From an uncultured Solirubrobacteraceae bacterium (GTDB lineage: Bacteria; Actinomycetota; Thermoleophilia; Solirubrobacterales; Solirubrobacteraceae): 64,000 nucleotides of DNA. This document shows positions 37,508 to 46,598 of this stretch, one piece after another. Numbering within the stretch: position 1 is the stretch's first letter; the number at the start of each line of letters is the position of its first letter. The notes below the pieces were generated by a model. That model was given only the letters and a program-made list of their open reading frames with translations, had not been told where the DNA came from and did not search any database. Made by a program: the position numbers and the translations under genes. Location of the stretch: the NCBI GenBank assembly GCA_963697985.1, contig CAVOPM010000002.1:108660-172659 (forward strand), written 5' to 3'.

Positions 37508-38965
37508 CTAGCGGCTTCGACCCTTTGCGCGTATGTCCGCGAGCTGCTCGTCGATCCAGTCGCCCGGGTCGCGCGAGGTGACGATCTGCGCCAGCCCCTC
37601 GGCGCGGCGGCGGCGCTCTGTCGGAGACATCGTCAGCGCCGCGTAGATCGAGTTCGCCAGCTCCTGGATATCGAACGGGTTGACCGACAGCGCGTACTCG
37701 CCGAGCTCCTCGTGCGCGCCCGTGTTCTCCGACAGGATCGACACGCCCTCGCGCTCGTTGACGATTGGCCCCTCCTTGGCCACCAGATTCATGCCGTCGA
37801 ACATCGCGTTCACGAGCAGCACGTCGTAGTGCTTGTACGCCGCCATCGCCTCGTCGAGGTCGTCGCGCAGCTTGAGCTGGATCGGCATCCAGTCGGGCGT
37901 GCCGTGGCGATGGTTGACGACCGCCACCAGCGCCTCGATCCGCTCCAGGTACTCGGAGTACTGGGGAACGTCTGTCCGCGAGGGCATCAGCTGGGCGATG
38001 AACGTCACCCGCTCTCTGAACTCGGGGTACTGCTCCAAGAACAGGTCGAATGCGGAAAAGCCGCGCAGCACGTTCTTGCTCAAGTCCGCGCGGTCCACGC
38101 GCAGGATCAGGAAGTCGCGGCGGCGGCGCAGCAGCTCCTCCTCGAACGTCTCCACCCGCGCGCTCTGCGCGACGAGCTTCGTGGCCCGGTGATCGATCGG
38201 AAGCGGATACGCGCGAACCCATACCTCGCGGTCACGGAAGCGCACCAGCCCGCCGTCGAAGTCCACCTCGAGTTCCATCAGGTCGCGGCAGCACTGCAGG
38301 AAGTTCCGTTGATAGGAGCGGGTGTGGAACCCGATGATGTCGTTCGCCAACAGACCCGTGAATATCTCCTCGCGGATCTGGGCCGGCAACACCCGCCAGG
38401 CGTCCGACTGCGTCCACGGGATGTGAACGAAGTGGTGCAGGAAGGCGTCCGGGCGCGCTCGGCGCACGAGGTCCGGCAGCGTGTACAGGTGGTAGTCGTG
38501 AACCATCACCACCGGCTCCTCCGCGCCCTCGAGCTCCTCCACGACCGCGCGCGCGAGATCGTCGTTGACGGCGTTGTAGCCGAACTCGAATGCCTCGATC
38601 TCCTCGCGGCGGATGTCCGGCGCGTTCGACAGGTCCCACAGGTAGTGCTGAATGAACCACAGCATCGGGTTGGCGACGACGTTGTAGAAACGGTCATACG
38701 CATCGGGGTCGCTGATGACGAGCCGCACGTGGAATTCGCCGCCCGCCGGAGAGCGCACCGGGAACGTTCGTTCCCCGTGCTCGCGCGAGACCTTGGCGTC
38801 GTCGTCGCTCATCGCGGAGGCGATCCAGATCGCTTCGCGGTGAGAGGCGAGGCCCGTCAACGCCGTCACGACGCCCCCCGACCCGCGGTGCACCTCGCCC
38901 TCGGCGTCGAACGTCACCGGTCCGCGGTTGCTGACGAGCACCAGCGGGACCCGTCGCTCGCTCAT
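37508..38965 (-). CDS. otsA: alpha,alpha-trehalose-phosphate synthase (GT20)
   Basis: Contains LVLVSNRGP, VMVHDYHLY, FLHHFVHIPW, and GMNLVAKE. ATG 38965 overlaps the treT stop. Confidence 0.85.
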   Translation of the reverse strand: MSERRVPLVLVSNRGPVTFDAEGEVHRGSGGVVTALTGLASHREAIWIASAMSDDDAKVSREHGERTFPVRSPAGGEFHVRLVISDPDAYDRFYNVVANPMLWFIQHYLWDLSNAPDIRREEIEAFEFGYNAVNDDLARAVVEELEGAEEPVVMVHDYHLYTLPDLVRRARPDAFLHHFVHIPWTQSDAWRVLPAQIREEIFTGLLANDIIGFHTRSYQRNFLQCCRDLMELEVDFDGGLVRFRDREVWVRAYPLPIDHRATKLVAQSARVETFEEELLRRRRDFLILRVDRADLSKNVLRGFSAFDLFLEQYPEFRERVTFIAQLMPSRTDVPQYSEYLERIEALVAVVNHRHGTPDWMPIQLKLRDDLDEAMAAYKHYDVLLVNAMFDGMNLVAKEGPIVNEREGVSILSENTGAHEELGEYALSVNPFDIQELANSIYAALTMSPTERRRRAEGLAQIVTSRDPGDWIDEQLADIRAKGRSR

Positions 38966-40197
38966 GGTCCCTTGAGCTCGTTGAAGATCCGCAGGTAGTC
39001 GCGCAGGTAGCGCGGTGTCAGGAAGTGGGTACGCACGTGCTCCTTGCCGCTGCGGCCGAGGAACTTCCCCAGGGCCGGGTCCTTCAGGACCTCGAGCGCG
39101 CGCTCGGCGCATTGCTCGACCGTGTCGACCAGGAAGCCCGTGGCGCCGTCCTCGATCTGCAGCGGTATGCCGCCGACGTTACCCCCGATGAACGGCCGCG
39201 CCTTCCAGATCGCCTCCGAGACCGTCAGCCCGAAGCCCTCGCGCGTGGACTTCTGGACCAGCACGTCGGAGTGCGACTGGAATGCGTTGACCTCGATCGC
39301 GCCGACGTTGTTGAAGTTGTTGAGGATGTGTATGTCCGCGTCGCCATCCGCGTGGGCGATCGTGGCGTTGAAGTAGTCCCACCCCTCCGGGTCGTCGCTC
39401 GCCATCGACCCGACGAGCGCGAGCTGCACCCTGGGGAGCTCCTCCTTGACCGCGCGGTAGGCGTCGATAACCCCCAATGGGTCCTTCCACGGGTCAAAGC
39501 GCGAGACCTGACACATCAGCGGCCGGTCGACGTCGATCCCGAACTGCCCGCACACGAAAGCCGCATCCTCCGGCGAGAGCGCCATGTTCTTCGGCGTCAG
39601 CGGGTCGATCGCCGGCGGCACGACGTTGACCGTCCCGTTCATCCCCGCCGGTATGTAGTTGCGCATGTGGAACAGCGACTGGGGATAGTCCTTGATGTAG
39701 GGCAGCAGCCTGTCGATCGTCTGCGCGTTGGGCGTCGACAGGTCGATGTGGCAGCGCCACACCCAGCCCTTCGCCTTCTCCGGCACGAGCCCGAACAGCG
39801 CCGCCGGCTGTGGATCGTGCACCAGGCAAACGTCCCATCCGGCGGACAGCTCGCGCGCGTTCATCTCGTTGTACTGCCGCCATGTCGCCCACTGGTCCTC
39901 GTCGAGATCCTGGGGCGCGCCCTGCAGCGCGTTGTGCATCAGCTTGGTCGCGTTGAAGAACTCCTCGCGCCCGTAGATCACCTGCCACTCGCAGTCGAGC
40001 CCGACATCGCGCATCAGCGGCACCAGCGTGTACAGGATCTCCGACACTCCCCCGCCGAACGCCGTCGCCGAGATGTGCACTATCCGGTGGCCCTGCAGCG
40101 GCTCCGAGAGCTCGCGGATCTCAGCGATCAACTCCCGACCGCAGATGTGCGTGTAATCGGTGAGCGACTTGCTTCCCACTGCCACGGGCTGGAGCAC
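38962..40197 (-). CDS. treT: trehalose glycosyltransferring synthase TreT-like (GT4)
   Basis: End-to-end resemblance to archaeal/Rubrobacter TreT as I recall it: HISATAFGGGVSEILYTLVPLMRDVG, FFNATKLMHNALQG, LVHDPQPAAL, WRCHIDLS, QVSRFDPWKDP, DDPEGWDYF, EVNAFQ, STREGFGLTVSEA.WK. Confidence 0.8.
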   Translation of the reverse strand: MLQPVAVGSKSLTDYTHICGRELIAEIRELSEPLQGHRIVHISATAFGGGVSEILYTLVPLMRDVGLDCEWQVIYGREEFFNATKLMHNALQGAPQDLDEDQWATWRQYNEMNARELSAGWDVCLVHDPQPAALFGLVPEKAKGWVWRCHIDLSTPNAQTIDRLLPYIKDYPQSLFHMRNYIPAGMNGTVNVVPPAIDPLTPKNMALSPEDAAFVCGQFGIDVDRPLMCQVSRFDPWKDPLGVIDAYRAVKEELPRVQLALVGSMASDDPEGWDYFNATIAHADGDADIHILNNFNNVGAIEVNAFQSHSDVLVQKSTREGFGLTVSEAIWKARPFIGGNVGGIPLQIEDGATGFLVDTVEQCAERALEVLKDPALGKFLGRSGKEHVRTHFLTPRYLRDYLRIFNELKGP

Positions 40198-40295
40198 GCG
40201 GCCGCACGATATCTGACGGCGTGCGCATCTTTTTCTGGCGGCCCACGCATGTTCGGAGGGTCGTTGAAGCCGACCGCCTGACTATCGTCTAGAAG

Positions 40296-42092
40296 ATGCT
40301 CAACGGGCGCCTGTACCGCGCTGCATTCCTGCCCTTCTTTTTCGCGCTGGCGATCGCCGCATTCTCGCTGACGGGCCATCCTCGCTCGCTCACCTCGACG
40401 CTCGCGCCCGACGCCTTCGACGGCGCCCACGCGTCCGCCGAACTGGCCAGCCTGGCCGCCGAATTCCCCAACCGGCGGCCCGGCAGTCGCGCCGATGCGA
40501 GCCTGGAGGCTCGCGTCGCGCACACGCTGGAAGCGCTCGGCGGCACCGCCGGCGGCGGCTTCACCGTGCGGACTCGCAGTTTCGCGGCGCAGACGATCGA
40601 CGGCGAGCGCACACTCACCACCGTGACGGCGCAGCGCCCGGGGTCGACCGAACTCTCGCCGATCGTGATCCTCGCCCACCGCGACAGCGCCGCCCGCGGG
40701 GGCGCCGCCGCAGAACTGTCCGGCACGGCCGCGCTGCTCGAGCTGGCGCGCGTGTTTGCGGCGCGCGAGACCAAGCGCACGATCGTCCTGGTGTCGACCA
40801 GCGGAGGCACCGGCGGGGACGCCAACGCGACCGATTTCATCGCGCACGCCCAGGCGCCGCTCGACGCCGCGATCGTGCTCGGGGACCTCGCCGGAGCGCA
40901 CGCGCGCAAGCCGTTCGTCGTGCCCTTCTCGGACGGCTTCGGCAACGCACCGCTCCAGCTTCAGAGCACCGTCGCCGACGCGATCACCCAGGAGACGGGA
41001 TCCGCATCCGGCGCACCCAGCACGCTGGGGCAGTTGGCCCATCTCATATTTCCCTTCACCGTCGGCGAGCAGGGTCCGCTCAATCGCGCCGGTCTGCCGG
41101 CGGTGCTCGTCCAGGTCTCCGGTGAACGCGGACCCTCCGCCGGTGACGCGGTCAGCAGGGAACGTCTGGAAGGCTTCGGCCGCGCCGTGCTGAGCGCCGT
41201 CGATGCGCTCGACGTCGCGCCCGACATCACCTCGACTCCGCAGACGGGAGTGCTGGTGCAGCGCAAGACCTTCCCCGCATGGGCGCTGCGGCTGCTGCTC
41301 GCGACGTTGCTTCTGCCGCCACTGATCGCCACCGCCGACGGCCTGGCGCGCGTGCGGCGGCGGGGCGAATCGGTCGGGCGCTCGCTGCCGTGGGCGCTCG
41401 CGTGCGCGCTGCCGTTCTTCATCGCCGCCATGTTCGCCCGGCTGCTGGGAAGCTCGGGGATCCTCGGCTCCTCGCCCGCGTCGCCGGTAGCCCCGAACGC
41501 GCTGCCGTTCGACTGGGCCGCCGGGCGCGCCGTTCTGGCCGTGGTCCTCGTGTTCGTGCTCGCCTGGCTGGTATGGCCGATGTTCCTGCGCCGCCTTCGC
41601 GTGCGTCCACTGCCGGACTCCGACGCCGCGGGGATCGCGATGCTGATCGTGCTGCTCGCCGTCTGCCTGGCCGTCTGGGCCGCAGACCCCTTCACCGCGC
41701 TGCTCCTCGTGCCGGCGCTGCACCTGTGGCTGTTGGTCGTATCGCCGGAGCTGCGGGGGCGTGCGCCCGCCACGCTTTCGCTGGTGGCCCTCGGGCTTGC
41801 GCCGTTCGTGCTCGTCGTCGCCTTCTACGCTCATCAGCTCGGCCTCGACCCGGGCCAGGTCGCGTGGACGGCGGTCCTGCTCCTCGCCGGTGGCTACGTC
41901 GGCGTTCCCGCGGCGATCCTCTGGAGCCTCGCGTTCGGATGCGCCGCCGCCGCGATAATGCTCTCGTTGAGAGCGCCGGCGGCGTCCGTGGGCCCGACGA
42001 TCGACGATCGACCCGAGATCACGATCCGCGGTCCGATTTCCTACGCCGGCCCGGGATCGCTCGGCGGTACCGGGTCGGCTCTGCGACGATAG
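40296..42092 (+). CDS. M28 peptidase-like domain fused to a polytopic membrane domain
   Basis: N-terminal TM helix, then a PA/M28-type region (FPNRRPGS...IVILAHRDSA...GTAALLELARVF...TIVLVSTSGG), followed by about 8 TM helices. Confidence 0.6.
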   Translation: MLNGRLYRAAFLPFFFALAIAAFSLTGHPRSLTSTLAPDAFDGAHASAELASLAAEFPNRRPGSRADASLEARVAHTLEALGGTAGGGFTVRTRSFAAQTIDGERTLTTVTAQRPGSTELSPIVILAHRDSAARGGAAAELSGTAALLELARVFAARETKRTIVLVSTSGGTGGDANATDFIAHAQAPLDAAIVLGDLAGAHARKPFVVPFSDGFGNAPLQLQSTVADAITQETGSASGAPSTLGQLAHLIFPFTVGEQGPLNRAGLPAVLVQVSGERGPSAGDAVSRERLEGFGRAVLSAVDALDVAPDITSTPQTGVLVQRKTFPAWALRLLLATLLLPPLIATADGLARVRRRGESVGRSLPWALACALPFFIAAMFARLLGSSGILGSSPASPVAPNALPFDWAAGRAVLAVVLVFVLAWLVWPMFLRRLRVRPLPDSDAAGIAMLIVLLAVCLAVWAADPFTALLLVPALHLWLLVVSPELRGRAPATLSLVALGLAPFVLVVAFYAHQLGLDPGQVAWTAVLLLAGGYVGVPAAILWSLAFGCAAAAIMLSLRAPAASVGPTIDDRPEITIRGPISYAGPGSLGGTGSALRR

Positions 42093-42111
42093 GTACTCTG
42101 CCGGCGCGTGC

Positions 42112-43029
42112 GTGACGATGTCTGACATTCCACTCACCACCAGAACTCCCCACAGGCTGCGCTTCTCCGCGTGGCCCGCCGGCCCGGCGCGGCGGGGATG
42201 GAAGGCGCTCGCGCTGCGGGCGCTCGCGCTCGGGCTGATCCTCGTCGGCTCGGTGGCGCTGATCGACGCCGCGGTGACGCTCGTGTGGCAGGAGCCGTTC
42301 TCCGCGCTGTACGCGAAGCTCCGCCAGGACCACCTCAGCGGGGCGCTGCTGAAGGAGGAACGGGCCACGCCCACGCCGTTCGAGCAGCAAGCGCTCGTGC
42401 GCCTTTCCGACGAGCGCGCCCGGATCGCCTTTCTCGCGGACGAGCTGCGACGCCACGCCGGCGAGGGAAGCGCGGTGGCGCGGATCATCATTCCGCGCAT
42501 CGGCGTGAGCTCTGTGGTCGTCAAGGGCACGAGCACATCCGCTCTCGAAAGCGGCCCCGGGATCTACTCCGAAACAGCCTTTCCAGGGGTCGCCGGCACG
42601 ACCGCGATCGCCGGGCACAGAACGACGTTTCTCGCGCCATTCCGGCACATCGACGAACTGCGCCCGGGCAGTCCGATCCTGCTCAACATGCCCTACGCCC
42701 ATTTCACCTACACGGTCGTCGGCAAAAGCGTGGTCGCTCCGACCGACGTACGCGCCGCCGTCGGCGAGGTCGGCTACTCGAGGCTCGTGCTGTCGGCCTG
42801 CACGCCGCTGTTCAGCGCCGCCAAACGCCTGCTCGTGTACGCGCGCCTGCAGAGCACCGTGCCCGTGGGAGCCGGACGGCTCTCGCTCCCGAGCTCCGGC
42901 CACTCCGCGGCGGCCGCGGAAGCCGCCGCCGCCCGGCCGATCGTCGAACCGCCTCCCGCCCCACCGAGCTCCTCCCTACCAGCGGTGCTCGAATCCGTCG
43001 ACTCGAACCTGCTCTCCCCGCTCGTCTAG
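42112..43029 (+). CDS. class E sortase
   Basis: N-terminal TM helix, [19 protein letters not shown], catalytic LVLSACTP, and a Pro/Ala-rich tail. Confidence 0.8.
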   Translation: MTMSDIPLTTRTPHRLRFSAWPAGPARRGWKALALRALALGLILVGSVALIDAAVTLVWQEPFSALYAKLRQDHLSGALLKEERATPTPFEQQALVRLSDERARIAFLADELRRHAGEGSAVARIIIPRIGVSSVVVKGTSTSALESGPGIYSETAFPGVAGTTAIAGHRTTFLAPFRHIDELRPGSPILLNMPYAHFTYTVVGKSVVAPTDVRAAVGEVGYSRLVLSACTPLFSAAKRLLVYARLQSTVPVGAGRLSLPSSGHSAAAAEAAAARPIVEPPPAPPSSSLPAVLESVDSNLLSPLV

Positions 43030-44025
43030 CAGCGACACACCCGCAGGACCCTCGACCACCGTGCCGATCCAGCTGACTCCGACGCCGCCCGCTCCACCGA
43101 TCGCCCGCTCCACGCGCGCCCGGTCCTCGGGCGCGGCGCAGAAGCAGAGCTCGTAGTCTTCGCCGGCTCCCGCCGCGAGCTCCCATGGCTGGACTCCCAG
43201 CTCGGCGCCGATCTCCGTGACGCCCGCGTCCAGGGGAAGCGCCTCCACGTTCACCTCCAGGCGCACGCCGCTTGCGCGTCCGATGTGCCCCGCGTCGGTT
43301 GCGAGGCCGTCGGACAGGTCGATCATCGCGTGCACGCCCGCCGCGGCCAGGGCGCGACCCTCGCGCAGCCGCGGCGAGGGTCCGCGCGCGCGTGCCACCG
43401 CTGCGTCGGCGCTCGGCCGGCTCCCCGCGCGGCCGTCCAGCACCGCCAGGCCCGCGCCCGCTCCACCGAGGCTGCCCGTGACCCCGATCTCATCGCCCAG
43501 CTGCGCGCCGTCGCGCCCGACGAGCTCGTCCTCGCGCTCGGCCCAGCCGACGACCGTGACCGAGACCGTCAGAGCCGGCGCCGCGATCACATCTCCGCCC
43601 ACGATCGCCGTTCCGGTCTCGGCGGCGAGGCTCTTTGCGCCGCGCACGAGCTCGAGCGCCTGCCCCTCGGTGAACCCCGCCGGCAGGCCGAGCACGAGAT
43701 AGGCCTCGCCCGTCTCCGCGCCCATCGCCGCCAGGTCCGAGAGCGCGCCCGCCAGCGCGCGGTGCCCGACCTGCGCCGGCGTCGCCCACCCCGCGCGCAG
43801 TCGAAAGTGGGTCCCGTCGACGATCGCGTCGACGGAGGTCACGCACACCGGCCGGCCGCGAACCACGGCCGCGTCGTCTCCGATCCCGCGCAGCACCCGC
43901 GCGGACGGCGCGACGCGTCCGCCGTCGGCGTGGCTGGCACCCGGCGCGCCGCCTCCAGTGTCTGTCGCCGCCAGCTCGGCCGTGATGGAATCGATGAGGG
44001 AGCGCTCAGCGATGCCGGTGCTCAG
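42976..44025 (-). CDS. thiL: thiamine-monophosphate kinase (start codon unresolved)
   Basis: Contains [21 protein letters not shown], and DLSDGLATD. The ThiL-like N-terminus [12 protein letters not shown] continues in frame upstream of the GTG at 43896, with no ATG/GTG/TTG there. The only candidate is CTG 44025, which overlaps the infA stop. Confidence 0.75.
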   Translation of the reverse strand: MSTGIAERSLIDSITAELAATDTGGGAPGASHADGGRVAPSARVLRGIGDDAAVVRGRPVCVTSVDAIVDGTHFRLRAGWATPAQVGHRALAGALSDLAAMGAETGEAYLVLGLPAGFTEGQALELVRGAKSLAAETGTAIVGGDVIAAPALTVSVTVVGWAEREDELVGRDGAQLGDEIGVTGSLGGAGAGLAVLDGRAGSRPSADAAVARARGPSPRLREGRALAAAGVHAMIDLSDGLATDAGHIGRASGVRLEVNVEALPLDAGVTEIGAELGVQPWELAAGAGEDYELCFCAAPEDRARVERAIGGAGGVGVSWIGTVVEGPAGVSLLDERGEQVRVDGFEHRW

Positions 44026-44035
44026 CGATGCCGGT
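44004..44035. repeat. perfect 16-nt tandem duplication at the infA stop / thiL start
   Basis: gctcagcgatgccggt occurs at 44004-44019 and again at 44020-44035. Confidence 0.95.
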
Positions 44036-44240
44036 AAACGATCCGCGCGCGGTCCAGGTCATAGGGCGAGAGCTCACAGCGGACGCGATCGCCCGGCAGG
44101 ATGCGAATCCGAAAGCGCCGCATCTTGCCCGCCACATGCCCGAGCACGACGTGGTCGTTGTCGAGCTTTACGCGAAACATCGCGTTCGGCAGCGCCTCGA
44201 TCACCTCGCCCTCGAATTCAACCTTGTCCTCCTTGGCCAC
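44022..44240 (-). CDS. infA: translation initiation factor IF-1
   Basis: [68 protein letters not shown]; GTG start. Confidence 0.93.
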   Translation of the reverse strand: MAKEDKVEFEGEVIEALPNAMFRVKLDNDHVVLGHVAGKMRRFRIRILPGDRVRCELSPYDLDRARIVYRHR

Positions 44241-44337
44241 TGCGGTGCATCCGATCCGGGCCGCCCGTCAGCGCGAGCGGCCCCTCGTGTCGCGAATATC
44301 CAGATCCAAACTACCAGCGCGCAGCCCGCCACGGCTC

Positions 44338-46512
44338 TCACGGTGCGGCTCCGCCCGTCCCTTGCACCGCCGGCCCGCCAGCCGCCGAAGGGGGCGCGGG
44401 AGCGGGCGTCGGTGGCGTCGGCGCGGGTGTCGCCTTTGGTCCGCCGCCGCCCGCGCCCCCGCCGCCACCACGTTTGCCGCCCCCGCCGCCGGCGTGTTTG
44501 CCGCCCGCGGCCTTGTGTTGTCTTGACTGCCCCGTTTCACCTTCCTGGGATTCGGTGCGCCCGGTGCTCGCGAATTTCCCGAAGAACGGCTGGAAGGAGA
44601 GGCTTTCGGTCGAGCTGGTGTTCAGCGGCGCACACGGCTTGCCCGCGGTGACCGCAGACATGTAGTCGTGCCAGATCACCGCCGGGAGGGCTCCGCCTTG
44701 CTGTGGTTCTCCGTGGACGCTCGTCATCGGCACTCGTTTGGTCGGGTAGCCCATCCACACGACCGTGGAGTATTCGGAGTTGAATCCGTCCAGCCACGCG
44801 TCCACGAGTTCGCTCGTCGTCCCGGTCTTGGCGGCCGTCGGGCAATTGATAGCGGAGCGCACGGCCGTTCCGCCGAGCACGTTCTGGTGCAGGATGCTCG
44901 TCTCCTCGGCGGTCACGGCTTCGCTCAGGACCTTCACACGGTGCGGCTTGCCCCAGTTGTTGTCGACGTGGCCGTCGGCGAAGGCGACCTTCGTGATCGC
45001 GATCGGGCTGTTGCGCCAACCGCCGTCGGCGAGCGTCGCGTAGACGACCGACATCTCCAGTGGCGTGACGCCGAGTTCGAGCCCACCGAGCGCCTCGGCG
45101 GCGTAGCTGTGAAGCGGGCTGACCACTCCCATCTTGCGCGCCATTTCGGTGACCGTCGACTCGCCCAGGTCGGCGGCGAGCTGCGCGTAGACGGTGTTGT
45201 CGGATTTGACAGTCGCCTGCACCAGGTTGATCGTGCCGTTCTGCTCGCCCCCGAACGTTTTGACCCCGTAGGTCGGGTAGCCGGGCAGCCAGCCGGGCGC
45301 AAGCGTGTGCGAGTTGTAGACGGTGCTGTTCGGGTCGATCCCGCGCGAGAGCGCGTCGGCCAGCACGATCGCCTTGAAGGTCGATCCCGGCTGGCGGTGT
45401 CCCTGGGAGGCGAGGTTGTACTGCGAGCGGTCATAGGCCTGGGACTCGGCCATCGCTTCGATGTCGCCGTTGGCGGGGTTGAGCGTGACGATCGCCGAGG
45501 CCGGATCTTCGGGCTGGTTCAGCACTTCTCCGATCGCTTTGCGCGCCTGGCCCTGCAGCTTCAGGTTGATCGTCGTATACACCTTCAGCCCGCCTTGCGC
45601 GACGGTGCTCGCGCCGTAGCGGTCGATCAGCTCCTGGCGGACGTATTCGAAGAAGAAGTTCTCCTTGCGCTGCGAGTAGTAGTAACCGCGTTTGACTTCC
45701 AATGGCGCGCCTTTGGCGGCGGTCGCCTGCGATCCGCTGATGTAGTGCAGTTCGGCCATCTTCGCCAACACCTCGTTGCGCCGCTCGCGCGCGACGGTCG
45801 CATCGCGGAACGGGTTGTACTGCGAGGGCGCCTGCGGCAGGCCGGCGAGCAGCGCGGACTGCTGGAGGTTCAGCTGTGAGGCCGGCTTGTCGAAGAAGAT
45901 GCGCGCCGCCGCCTGCACGCCGATCGCGGTCTGCCCACCGACGGTCCCATACGGGACACTGTTCATGTAGCTCGTCAGGATCGAGTGCTTTGAGTGGTGT
46001 TTCTCGTACTCGAGCGCCAGCTTCGCCTCGATGATCTTCTGCTTGATCGTGTGCTGGTCCCCGCCGAGGTAGAGGTTGCGCACGAGCTGCATCGTGATCG
46101 TCGAGCCGCCCTGCAGGGCGGCGCCGTTGGTGATGTCCTTGAGGGCCGCCCGGAAGATCCCGGTGGGATCGACGCCGTCGTGTTTGTAGAAGCGCTGGTC
46201 CTCGATCGCGACGGTCGCGTTCTTGAGGTCTGTGGGCATCTCGCTCCAGGAGACGGGGCTGCGCAGCACGTCGGACTGGATGTAGCCCAGACGCGTTCCG
46301 TCGGCCGCGAACACCTGGGAGGATCCCCCGGTCAGGATCGGGTGAAGGCTCTGGATCGCGGGGGCCGACTGGGCAACGTTGAGGACGTAGCCGACGGCCG
46401 CGATCACGCCGATGATGATCGCGACGGCGGATACGCCGCCGCCGATCACGATGAGCCGTGCGGGGCCGGCGCGATGGTGCCGGCGCCGGCGCTGTCTTGC
46501 ATGTCGAGACAT
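44338..46512 (-). CDS. class A penicillin-binding protein (PBP1A: glycosyltransferase GT51 + transpeptidase)
   Basis: GT51 motifs AIEDQRFYKHDGVD, GGSTITMQLVRN and RKI.E. Transpeptidase motifs STFK, SDN and KTGTT. Gly/Pro-rich C-terminal tail. Confidence 0.9.
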   Translation of the reverse strand: MSRHARQRRRRHHRAGPARLIVIGGGVSAVAIIIGVIAAVGYVLNVAQSAPAIQSLHPILTGGSSQVFAADGTRLGYIQSDVLRSPVSWSEMPTDLKNATVAIEDQRFYKHDGVDPTGIFRAALKDITNGAALQGGSTITMQLVRNLYLGGDQHTIKQKIIEAKLALEYEKHHSKHSILTSYMNSVPYGTVGGQTAIGVQAAARIFFDKPASQLNLQQSALLAGLPQAPSQYNPFRDATVARERRNEVLAKMAELHYISGSQATAAKGAPLEVKRGYYYSQRKENFFFEYVRQELIDRYGASTVAQGGLKVYTTINLKLQGQARKAIGEVLNQPEDPASAIVTLNPANGDIEAMAESQAYDRSQYNLASQGHRQPGSTFKAIVLADALSRGIDPNSTVYNSHTLAPGWLPGYPTYGVKTFGGEQNGTINLVQATVKSDNTVYAQLAADLGESTVTEMARKMGVVSPLHSYAAEALGGLELGVTPLEMSVVYATLADGGWRNSPIAITKVAFADGHVDNNWGKPHRVKVLSEAVTAEETSILHQNVLGGTAVRSAINCPTAAKTGTTSELVDAWLDGFNSEYSTVVWMGYPTKRVPMTSVHGEPQQGGALPAVIWHDYMSAVTAGKPCAPLNTSSTESLSFQPFFGKFASTGRTESQEGETGQSRQHKAAGGKHAGGGGGKRGGGGGAGGGGPKATPAPTPPTPAPAPPSAAGGPAVQGTGGAAP

Positions 46513-46598
46513 CTGCGGAGGCCACCGAGACTACCGCGTAGATTGTGATTACCTGCCACTTGCATCGTGGCGCCCCTTTACGCTCGGTGTCAGAAGCC

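Noticed and set aside
38762-38773. Second GAAC-N4-GTTC (gaacgttcgttc) match to the LexA core.
   Set aside because: It lies inside the otsA coding sequence. Its flanks do not extend the palindrome to the CGAAC/GTTCG form. It is most likely a chance occurrence.
40128-42536. 802-aa minus-strand ORF, the longest in the track, covering the M28-like and sortase genes.
   Set aside because: Same GC artefact. Its composition is dominated by R/G/A/E/P. The plus-strand genes show coherent TM topology and a sortase catalytic motif.
44390-44520. G-run-rich segment on the minus strand (GGCGGCGGGGGCGGC...) considered as a G-quadruplex or regulatory element.
   Set aside because: It is simply the coding sequence of the Gly/Pro-rich C-terminal tail of PBP1A. 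No independent evidence supports a structural DNA element.
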